From Candidatus Latescibacterota bacterium (lineage in GTDB: Bacteria; Latescibacterota; UBA2968; UBA8231), in contig CBDFJF010000002.1 of assembly GCA_965248265.1 (NCBI GenBank), forward strand, positions 4,032,001 to 4,096,000: a DNA stretch of 64,000 nt. Reading direction: 5' to 3'. Within the stretch, counting starts at the first letter, position 1, and each line of letters begins with the position of its first letter. The notes beneath the pieces are model-generated. The model made no database searches, was not told the DNA's origin, and saw only the letters and a list, made by a program, of their open reading frames with translations. Positions 39,903-47,876 of this stretch are shown piece by piece. Both the position numbers and the translations under genes were made by a program.

Positions 39903-41237
39903 ATGAGAGCTGAAACGATCACCGGCTGGGGGCGTTTTCCCGTCACGGAGGGCATCCGACTCAGGGCACGCAGCGCCCGCGACCTGCAAGAGCATGCTAC
40001 CGCCGCCGAGTCCCTGCTGCCCCAGGGCAACTGCCGCAGCTACGGTGACGCCTGTCTCTGGGAACGCGTCGTCTCTACGCTTCCTCTCGATCGGCTGCTG
40101 GACTTCGATCCGGGCGCCGGCTTGCTTCGTGCCGAGGCCGGAGTGACACTGGCGAACATCATCCGCTTCATTCTGCCTCGGGGTTGGTTCCTTCCGGTGA
40201 CACCGGGGACCAAGTTTCCGACCCTGGGTGGATGCGTGGCGGCCGACATTCACGGCAAGAACCACCATGCGCACGGCTCGATAGCTCGCTTCGTCGAGTC
40301 GATGGAAATGGTCGTCGCCGATGGTTCCCGCGTCCAGTGCTCACCGACTCAGAATGCCGACCTATTCGCGGCGACCGTCGGAGGCATGGGGTTAACCGGG
40401 TTTATTTATTCGGTACGTCTGAAACTCATCCCCGTTGATTCGGCTTTTCTTGCCGTTGACTCGGAGCGCACGAAAGATTTGCGGCACACCTGCCGATTGC
40501 TCGTTGACACGCAAGACCAGTACGCCTATTCCGTGGCCTGGCTCGACTGCGCCATCAAGGGCAGACGTAGTGGGCGGGGCATTGTCATGCTAGGCAACCA
40601 CGCCAGAGCCGGGGCCGTCCCTCGACAACCCACGTGGCAACTGCACCCCGATAGGAGCACGAAGCTGCCAGTGCCCATGCCGGGTTGGACGCTCAACCGC
40701 CTCACCGTACGGACCTTCAATTCCCTGTACTGTCACCGGCACTGGAGACAGCGCAGGCAGCGAACTGTCCACTACGATCCGTTCTTTTATCCGCTGGACG
40801 GTGTGGCCAACTGGAATCTGCTGTATGGTAACCGTGGCTTCCTGCAGTACCAGTTCGCCGTGCCCTTTGCTGACGGTGTCGACGTCATCGCCGATGTGCT
40901 GGATCGCCTGCAACACGCAGGATTCACGCCGACGCTGGCGGTTTTGAAGACCTTCGGCGACTGGTCGGGGGGCATGCTCTCCTTTCCGATACCCGGGTAC
41001 ACCCTGGCCCTCGACCTGCCCGTGGCCGATGGTCGCATCGTCGGCACGCTGAAATCAGTTAGCGCCGCCATCACCGCGGCACGAGGACGCGTGTACCTGG
41101 CCAAGGACGCTGTGCTCACACGGGACGACTTCGAAGCCATGTATTCAGGACTCACGGAATTTCGTCAAATCAAACGCCACTACGATCCGGACTGCCGCTT
41201 TCGCTCCCGCCTCTCTGACCGCCTGGGATTGACCTGA
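39903..41237 (+). CDS. FAD-linked oxidoreductase, DprE1-like
   Basis: GWGR, RSYGD, VTPGTKFPTLGG..AADIHGKNHH, FFYPLD, GFLQYQ, YLAKD. Start ATG 39903 is inferred. Confidence 0.9.
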   Translation: MRAETITGWGRFPVTEGIRLRARSARDLQEHATAAESLLPQGNCRSYGDACLWERVVSTLPLDRLLDFDPGAGLLRAEAGVTLANIIRFILPRGWFLPVTPGTKFPTLGGCVAADIHGKNHHAHGSIARFVESMEMVVADGSRVQCSPTQNADLFAATVGGMGLTGFIYSVRLKLIPVDSAFLAVDSERTKDLRHTCRLLVDTQDQYAYSVAWLDCAIKGRRSGRGIVMLGNHARAGAVPRQPTWQLHPDRSTKLPVPMPGWTLNRLTVRTFNSLYCHRHWRQRRQRTVHYDPFFYPLDGVANWNLLYGNRGFLQYQFAVPFADGVDVIADVLDRLQHAGFTPTLAVLKTFGDWSGGMLSFPIPGYTLALDLPVADGRIVGTLKSVSAAITAARGRVYLAKDAVLTRDDFEAMYSGLTEFRQIKRHYDPDCRFRSRLSDRLGLT

Positions 41238-41983
41238 TGGCATCGTCCCAAGCGCTCATCCTGGGCGCACGCTCATCCATCGCCCTTGCCCTTGCCCGAG
41301 CACTGGCGGACGCCGGTTGGGATCTGGTTCTGGCCGCTCGACGTGTGGAGGAATTGGAACCCACGGCGGCCGATATCCGGCTGCGCTGCAGCACTCAGGT
41401 CCACCTGCATGAGTTCGATGCCCTCGCCCTCGGGCAGCACGCCTCGCTGCCGCAGACGATTCAGCGGAAAGCCGGTGATTTTGAGCTGGCAATTTCCGTT
41501 TTCGGGTACATGGGGGATCAACTCGCCGTCCGCGGCGATACCTCGGAGATGGAACGGACTCTGGCAACCAACCTCGTGGGAGCGGCCGTCGTGCTCGCAC
41601 ACCTGGCCAACTACCTCGAAACGCGCCCCGGCCCTTGTGGCATCGTCGGGATTTCCTCCGTGGCCGGTGATCGCGGTAGACAGTCCAACTACTTCTATGG
41701 CGCCGCCAAAGCTGGGCTCTCTTCCTACCTACAGGGTCTGCGCAACAGGCTCGCTCGCTCGAACGTCCATGTCCTGACCGTCAAGCCGGGATTCGTCGAC
41801 ACGCCGATGACGGAGGGGATCGAGGGGTTGTTTCTCGTGGCTTCGCCGCAGCGTGTGGCGGACGACATCCTGCGTGCCTACAGGCGACGCCAGAACGTCC
41901 TCTATACTCCCTGGTTCTGGCGCTACATCATGTGGGTGATCCGCCTGGTACCGGAACGCATCTTCAAGAAACTGAAGCTGTGA
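41237..41983 (+). CDS. Short-chain dehydrogenase, DprE2-like
   Basis: ILGARSSIA, SSVAGDRGRQSNYFYGAAKAG and KPGFVDTPMT motifs; coupled to the upstream gene. Confidence 0.9.
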   Translation: MASSQALILGARSSIALALARALADAGWDLVLAARRVEELEPTAADIRLRCSTQVHLHEFDALALGQHASLPQTIQRKAGDFELAISVFGYMGDQLAVRGDTSEMERTLATNLVGAAVVLAHLANYLETRPGPCGIVGISSVAGDRGRQSNYFYGAAKAGLSSYLQGLRNRLARSNVHVLTVKPGFVDTPMTEGIEGLFLVASPQRVADDILRAYRRRQNVLYTPWFWRYIMWVIRLVPERIFKKLKL

Positions 41984-44111
41984 TCATTCGCTCCTGCAGT
42001 GCGGTAAAACGGTCGGACACCTCATCGTTTTCGAGCGCACGTGCGATTGCGCGCCGGCTCCCAACCAGAATCAGCAATGCCTTCGCCCTCGTCACCGCCG
42101 TGTAGAGCAAGTTTCGTTGCAGCATCACATAGTGTTGGGTTGACAGCGGCAGGATAACGACGGGGAATTCCGATCCCTGAGACCGATGGATGCTCATGGC
42201 GTAGGCCAGGACCAGTTCATCGAGCTGACCGAGGTCGTACTGGCATCTGAGATGGCCCTCGAACTCCACCTCCAGGAACTCATTCGCCGTGTCCACGGAA
42301 ACCACCCTGCCCAGATCGCCGTTAAAAACGCCCTTGTCGTAGTTGTTGCGAACCTGTAACACCTTGTCCCCCACCCTGAGTTCACTATCGCCGTGGGCGA
42401 GACTGTGCCCGCCTGGGGGCGTCAGACTCTGTTGCAACCTCTTGTTGAGATTCAGAGCCCCGGTCTCGCCCCTGTACATGGGTGTCAGTACTTGAATGTC
42501 ACGAATCGGATCGTAACCCCGTTTGGCTGGCAAGCGGCGGACACACAGATCCTCGACCAGTTGAGCGCACACCGCCGCGTCTTCCTCTTCGATGACGAAG
42601 AAATCGCCTTCCGGTTGGTTCTCGTGCAGCGGCCACTCCCCGTTGATGATGCGGCGGGCACTGAGGGCTATCTGGCTGTTGGGCCCCTGACGATGAATCT
42701 CTCGCAAACGGGCTACGGGCACCGCCCCTGAGTTAATGATATCCCGCATGACGTTTCCCGGCCCCACGGAAGGCAGCTGGTCGGCGTCGCCGACCAAAAT
42801 CAGTCGAGCAGTAGACGGAATGGCATTCAACAGCGCATTCATCAGACTGACATCGATCATGGACGCTTCATCTACTATAACAGCGTCCGTGTCCAGTGGA
42901 TTGCGGCGTTGCCGGCGGAACCGCCCTTCGGCCGGCTGGAATTCAAGCAGCCGGTGTATGGTCCTGGCATCTCGACCGCTGGCTTCCGCCAGGCGCTTGG
43001 CGGCACGGCCGGTGGGCGAACACAGGGCAACCTTGCGCTCGCTCTGCTCCAGCTGAAATACGATTTCGCGAGTTACCGTGGTCTTGCCAGTGCCGGGCCC
43101 CCCAGTGAGGACGAGGACTTTCTGATCCATCGACGCCACCACGGCGGCGCGCTGTTCGTCGTTTAGGAGTGCAATCCCCGCGGATGAGGGGCGGTTCGAC
43201 GACAGCGGCCGGCCCGAGGTTGCTTGTATGCGATGCAACGATCGGGCGATACCGACCTCCGCGCGGTGGAGCCTTGGAAGAAAGTAACGAGAATCCTCGA
43301 GGACCAGCTCCTCACGCCGGCACAAGGCCTTGAGTGCCGGCGGCAACAGCTCCGCCTCGATCCCGAGCAAACCGGCAGCAGCGGTGATGAGCTCGTCGGC
43401 GGGAAGGAACACGTGACCATCCCCGGATGACTGGTCGAGAAGGTAGCGGATCCCGGCTTCGACGCGCTCCGGCGCTTCCTTGGCCACCCCAACACTCGCC
43501 GCGATTCGGTCAGCCGTCAAAAAGCCGACTCCGCGGACCTCTCGTTCGAGCTGAAAGGGATGCTCCTGCACCGTCTGGACCGTACGACCGGCATACCTTT
43601 TCACCAGCTTTACCGCCAGTCCCTGCCCGATCCCGTGCCCCTGGAGGAAGATCATGGCGTCGCGCACCTCGCGTTCTTCTGTCCAGGCCGCCGCAATCAG
43701 ATCGGCCTTCTTCTTGCCCAGACCCGGCACCTGGCGAAGTCTTTGGGGATCCTTTTCTATCACCCGAAGGGTCGCTGTCCCGAACTGCTGAACGATCCGT
43801 TTCGCCGACACAGGGCCTATGCCCTTGATCAACCCGGAGCCCAGGTAACGCTCGATGCCCGCCACCGTAGTAGGAGGAACTTGCCGGCAAGATTCGACGC
43901 GAAACTGACGGCCGTATTTCTGGTGATGCACCCAGGATCCCTGGATTTCCACGGTTTCGCCGACGGAGAGGGTTGGGATGGCGCCGACGATGGTCTTCTC
44001 GTCATCCCCGTCACCCGAGCCCCCGTTCTCCACCTTGAGACTGGCAATCGTGTAGCCGTTCTCGGCGTTGTGATAGGTGACCCGCTCGATCTGGCCCGTT
44101 AGTGTCACCAT
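41964..44111 (-). CDS. recD2: ATP-dependent RecD-like helicase RecD2
   Basis: IERYLGSGLIKGIGP, HhH motifs, TGGPGTGKTT, DEASM, GDADQLPSVG, HRSQGSEF, LYTAVTRA. Confidence 0.95.
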   Translation of the reverse strand: MVTLTGQIERVTYHNAENGYTIASLKVENGGSGDGDDEKTIVGAIPTLSVGETVEIQGSWVHHQKYGRQFRVESCRQVPPTTVAGIERYLGSGLIKGIGPVSAKRIVQQFGTATLRVIEKDPQRLRQVPGLGKKKADLIAAAWTEEREVRDAMIFLQGHGIGQGLAVKLVKRYAGRTVQTVQEHPFQLEREVRGVGFLTADRIAASVGVAKEAPERVEAGIRYLLDQSSGDGHVFLPADELITAAAGLLGIEAELLPPALKALCRREELVLEDSRYFLPRLHRAEVGIARSLHRIQATSGRPLSSNRPSSAGIALLNDEQRAAVVASMDQKVLVLTGGPGTGKTTVTREIVFQLEQSERKVALCSPTGRAAKRLAEASGRDARTIHRLLEFQPAEGRFRRQRRNPLDTDAVIVDEASMIDVSLMNALLNAIPSTARLILVGDADQLPSVGPGNVMRDIINSGAVPVARLREIHRQGPNSQIALSARRIINGEWPLHENQPEGDFFVIEEEDAAVCAQLVEDLCVRRLPAKRGYDPIRDIQVLTPMYRGETGALNLNKRLQQSLTPPGGHSLAHGDSELRVGDKVLQVRNNYDKGVFNGDLGRVVSVDTANEFLEVEFEGHLRCQYDLGQLDELVLAYAMSIHRSQGSEFPVVILPLSTQHYVMLQRNLLYTAVTRAKALLILVGSRRAIARALENDEVSDRFTALQERMITASVS

Positions 44112-44130
44112 GGCTGATCTCCTGCCTGCC

Positions 44131-44724
44131 TCAGCGCCATTCAGGATGAAAACAGGGCAAAAGTGCCCCCGAGACCCCTGCCCCGAGCACGCTTCCGGCC
44201 ACCAGTTGCCCAATAGTATGTGCCCCCAGCCTCAGGCGAGCCCAGCTGACCGCTATTGGGGCGAGAACGACCGGCCACACACCCGTACCGCCAGCAACCA
44301 GAAGAATGATCACTCCACCGCCTACACCCACGGCATGGATGCTGATTTTCCAGTGGCGACTGATGACCCACACGAGTGCTCCGCCACAGAGAAATGAAGC
44401 CGCACTCCAGAGCATGACAGAGCCTGCCCCAATAACCTTAAGCGTAATAAATCCAATGAGATATACAATATTTCCAAGAGCCAAAATGCGGGCTCTCATC
44501 TGCGGCCCGGGATCGTATACATCCTCGATCGCCCACGCCGCCTTCACGTGCTTGACGAGAGCCACTGGAATGATCACGAAGATGCCTGCGGCCACGAGTC
44601 CAGCCCTGTGGCCCTCTCCTGTGAGCAGCGGTATCCCCAAGAACACGAGCGTCGCCACACCCGCGGGACTCAACAGGTGGGTTATCAACCGTGGCAGCGA
44701 ACGACCAGGTTGGGGGGATATCAT
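44131..44724 (-). CDS. PAP2-superfamily-like membrane protein
   Basis: WKISIHA and WARLRLGAHT...AG motifs; multi-TM. Confidence 0.7.
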   Translation of the reverse strand: MISPQPGRSLPRLITHLLSPAGVATLVFLGIPLLTGEGHRAGLVAAGIFVIIPVALVKHVKAAWAIEDVYDPGPQMRARILALGNIVYLIGFITLKVIGAGSVMLWSAASFLCGGALVWVISRHWKISIHAVGVGGGVIILLVAGGTGVWPVVLAPIAVSWARLRLGAHTIGQLVAGSVLGAGVSGALLPCFHPEWR

Positions 44725-44825
44725 GACGATGCCTGTTGGCGAGTCATAGCAGAGGTGTACTCCTCAGACTCCATATACATATAGAAAGGTTGAGTCCCCT
44801 GAAAGGGCCGTTTTCACAGAAATTT

Positions 44826-44854
44826 CTAAAGGTATTCCTGAGCCACGTCGATAG
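44826..44854 (+). promoter_or_regulatory. Putative sigma-28 (FliA) promoter of the flagellin gene
   Basis: CTAAAG...GTCGATAG (TAAA-N16-GTCGATAG) about 215 bp upstream of fliC. Confidence 0.55.
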
Positions 44855-45069
44855 AAGGCGTAGAGTTACTAAGCAGTATCGAGTTATATCAGGTAATACT
44901 TTATGAGGCACAGGCAGATTACTTGATATTTCTTCAAATCTTTTAACGGATGGTCTTCGCACGCGGTCACAAGACGGCGACAGGAGATCGAGGGACATAA
45001 CTTGAGTTAAATCACTAGCTTACGGTTCACGGAAGAAGCAGCCAAAGCTGAGATACAAGGAGGTATCTG

Positions 45070-46233
45070 ATGGCGTTACGGATAAATAACAACATTGCGG
45101 CGATTAATGCCCGCAGACGGATGGGTGCCAATTTCCGGGATCTGAATGTCCGGCTTGAGCGCCTTTCCTCGGGATTGCGGGTAAATCGCGCCGCTGATGA
45201 CGCGGCTGGCCTCTCTGTTAGAGAAGGGATGCGAGCCGAGTTGAGCGGAATGAGGCAAAATGTCCTCAACGCTGAACAGGGCAGCAACCTGCTCCAGGTG
45301 GCCGAGGGGTCCCTGAACGAGATCAGCGCCATGTTGATCCGTATGCGTGAGTTGGCTGTTCAGTCCGCCTCCAGCACTATCAACGATCTCAATAGAGAGT
45401 CGATCCAGTCAGAGTACACCCAGATCATCCAGGAAATCGACCGCATCTCCCTGTCGACAACCTATAACGATCAAGTATTGTTGACCGGGTTCGGCAACAC
45501 CGTCGATACCGCCTCCACGGCCCTCACCCTCAGCAATACCAGTGGCGTCATCGACGTGAAGATCTCGGGCGCGTCCTCCGGCACCTACAACTTCATCGAC
45601 AACGGCAGCGACGCCGAGATTACTCTGGGCAATGGTACGGTTTCCCAGACCATCAATATCGGCCAGATCCTGGACACCGGACTCAACGTCGCCACGGGAA
45701 CTACCGTGGTCGCCAACTTCGACCGCCTGGGTGTCCAGGTGACGCTGTCAGGCAGTGGTGTCACCACGGCCACCGGCAGTTATGTCGACGGCGATCTCAA
45801 CGGCCAGACCGTCATCGTTACGTCAGGAACCGGCGGCTCTTTCCAGGTCGGTCCGGATGACGGCATCAACAACCGTATCGAAGTCACCATCGACGACATG
45901 AGGGCGAGCGGCGCGAGGCTCAACTTGAACACGACCTCGGTCTCCAGCCTGGACTCGTCCCGCAATTCGATCAGCGGTCTTGACCAGGCGATCGACAAGG
46001 TGTCACGTCAGCGAGGTGACCTTGGCGCGTTTATGAACCGACTCGCTTTCACCATCTCCTTCACGGAGAACTCGATCGAGAACATCCAGAACTCGGAATC
46101 CTCGATCAGCGACGCCGACATCGCCACCGAGATCTCGCAGTTCACACGGTCCCAGGTCCTGTCCCAAGCCGCCACGGCCATGCTCGCCCAGGCGAATGTG
46201 ATCCCGCAAACGGCGCTTTCACTCCTGCAGTAA
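45070..46233 (+). CDS. fliC: Flagellin
   Basis: MALRINNNIAA, ERLSSGLRVNRAADDAAGL, RMRELAVQS, C-terminal AMLAQAN..PQTALSLL; RBS AAGGAGGT. Confidence 0.98.
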   Translation: MALRINNNIAAINARRRMGANFRDLNVRLERLSSGLRVNRAADDAAGLSVREGMRAELSGMRQNVLNAEQGSNLLQVAEGSLNEISAMLIRMRELAVQSASSTINDLNRESIQSEYTQIIQEIDRISLSTTYNDQVLLTGFGNTVDTASTALTLSNTSGVIDVKISGASSGTYNFIDNGSDAEITLGNGTVSQTINIGQILDTGLNVATGTTVVANFDRLGVQVTLSGSGVTTATGSYVDGDLNGQTVIVTSGTGGSFQVGPDDGINNRIEVTIDDMRASGARLNLNTTSVSSLDSSRNSISGLDQAIDKVSRQRGDLGAFMNRLAFTISFTENSIENIQNSESSISDADIATEISQFTRSQVLSQAATAMLAQANVIPQTALSLLQ

Positions 46234-46240
46234 ACCACTA

Positions 46241-46322
46241 CCCTATACCGCTCGGGGCTCCTCCGGTTACGGAGTCCGAGCGGCCCTATACCTACACTAC
46301 ACGACACTATACCTACACTACA
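46241..46322. repeat. 36-bp palindrome flanked by CCCTATA direct repeats, followed by a duplicated CTATACCTACACTACA
   Basis: CCGCTCGG...CCGAGCGG at 46248-46283; 16-mer copies at 46286 and 46307. Confidence 0.7.
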
Positions 46323-46326
46323 ACAG

Positions 46327-46359
46327 AAAGGCAGGGCCCGATCGGGCGCCTGCCTTTTT
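46327..46359 (+). terminator. Rho-independent terminator downstream of fliC (possibly bidirectional)
   Basis: AAAGGCAGGGCCCG-AT-CGGGCGCCTGCCTTTTT. Confidence 0.8.
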
Positions 46360-46410
46360 GCGTTGGTGATTGCAGGCGTGCCATTGTGTTGTTGGAAACA
46401 CTACGGGCGT

Positions 46411-46483
46411 TCGAAAGCGCTGCGCGCTCGAAAACGCTGCTGCGCTCGAAAACGCTGCTGCGCTCGAAAACGCTGCGCGTTTT
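46411..46483. repeat. 17-18-bp tandem repeat x4 (TCGAAAACGCTGCTGCGC)
   Basis: Read directly; abuts the stop codon of the PqqD-like gene. Confidence 0.9.
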
Positions 46484-46925
46484 ACGTCCACTTCTTACCG
46501 CTGGCGTCCCCCTTCGAGACCGGCCCGGAGCCGCGCTGCTTTTCTGGCTTGGCCTCGCCGTCGACGAGGAAGCCGACAAAGCGTTTCTGACCCAGCGTCT
46601 TCAAGTACGACAGCAGAGAGACTTCCGCCTCCTTGCGGTCCAGGGTGTAGGTCTTGCCCAGCGACTCGATCATCTGCGCCACCGTGGTTCGACCGTCGCA
46701 CATCTGCCACACCTGAGTCCCTACCTCATCCAGGGTGATCTTGCGCTCCTGGGGAACGTAGAACACCTTCGACAACAACCGCACCTTCCAGGTGTCCTGG
46801 CGAGTAACGGTAATCTGCGTTTCTCCGCGATCGCTCTTAGCCCAACTGAGAAGCTCATTCCTCGCTGGTCGCGAGTTCAACATCGCTTCGCGAGTCAGCT
46901 TGGGCGTTTTCCTGGTGGCAAACAT
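46482..46925 (-). CDS. Stand-alone PqqD-family (RRE) protein
   Basis: ITLDEVGTQVWQMCDGRTTVAQMIESL...EAEVSLLSYLKTLGQKRFV winged-helix signature. Confidence 0.85.
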   Translation of the reverse strand: MFATRKTPKLTREAMLNSRPARNELLSWAKSDRGETQITVTRQDTWKVRLLSKVFYVPQERKITLDEVGTQVWQMCDGRTTVAQMIESLGKTYTLDRKEAEVSLLSYLKTLGQKRFVGFLVDGEAKPEKQRGSGPVSKGDASGKKWT

Positions 46926-47868
46926 ATCCCCGGGTCAGGACGTCGCACAGATCGTCCCGCTCGTCCTTTTTTTTGTAGAGGTGATCGACGACGCAGATCT
47001 TGTTCGTTGTCTCACAGTGCCAGACGCGGCCGTCGAGGTACTGACGTGGACGTGGATTGAGAAAAGGTAGGGGCCGCAGGAACTGTCGCCACCGACTGCG
47101 CGGCCGTCCTTCGACAGCAAGGCCCGCGTGATCCTGCACCCTGGTTTCGGTCGTTTCGTAGTTCAAGTCCCGCATTTGCTTCTTGAAAAAACTCCCATGC
47201 CAGGAGGTCAGGTCCGTGCCTTTGAGCAGCTGATTGGCCAGGCTCAGCCGCTGAACCCGGCAAACATGATGCGTCTTTTCGAAGGTCAACTGGATGTTAC
47301 CGGATCTGAGCTGGTGCTCGGACAGAGAGAACTCCTCGGGCACGATGACTTCGAGCCCGTAGACGCACCAGAAAACGGATCCATCGACGGGGTGGTCCTG
47401 CATCGAGCGGAAGATCTCCTCGGCCACGCCCTCCATGTCGTCCTCTTCGGGTTTGCACAACACCCGTAGGAGAACAATTCGGCCGCATTGCTTGCACACC
47501 CGAGCCAGGTTGTAGGCGCGGTAGTCGGCTTCCCACGTGAAGGTCTCGTACTCCTCGCCCTCGAGCCAGCGCTTGTCTTTCAGGAACCGGGCCTGCCGTT
47601 GCACGGAGAATTCGAGCCCGGTCTTCTCAGCCTTCTTTTCCAGGTTGGAGAGGTACTTGGTCACGAGATCTTCGATCGGCAGACGCCGGCGCCGGGCGGG
47701 AGGTGATTCGCGCCATTCGACCTCCAGTCGCACTACAGAAGTGTCGTCCAGACGGACGTAGCCATTCTTATGGTTGCCGTCCACCTTGCCCAAACTCCAC
47801 TCTGCCGGAACGCGCAGGCGGACCCCCTGCCAACCGAAATCTACCCAATCAGTGGATTTGACCTTCAT
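46855..47868 (-). CDS. Hypothetical soluble protein with two related halves
   Basis: Probable start ATG 47868 (MKVKSTDW), just after the transporter stop. The longer track ORF overlaps the transporter gene. Confidence 0.75.
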   Translation of the reverse strand: MKVKSTDWVDFGWQGVRLRVPAEWSLGKVDGNHKNGYVRLDDTSVVRLEVEWRESPPARRRRLPIEDLVTKYLSNLEKKAEKTGLEFSVQRQARFLKDKRWLEGEEYETFTWEADYRAYNLARVCKQCGRIVLLRVLCKPEEDDMEGVAEEIFRSMQDHPVDGSVFWCVYGLEVIVPEEFSLSEHQLRSGNIQLTFEKTHHVCRVQRLSLANQLLKGTDLTSWHGSFFKKQMRDLNYETTETRVQDHAGLAVEGRPRSRWRQFLRPLPFLNPRPRQYLDGRVWHCETTNKICVVDHLYKKKDERDDLCDVLTRGYVCHQENAQADSRSDVELATSEE

Positions 47869-47876
47869 GGAGGTGT

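Noticed and set aside
46411-46483. 18-bp array as a CRISPR, or ORF 46313-46579 (RSSVFE repeats) as a RiPP precursor for the PqqD protein
   Set aside because: The units are contiguous with no spacers and there are no cas genes. The ORF starts out of frame inside the PqqD gene, has no clear RBS and runs through the terminator.
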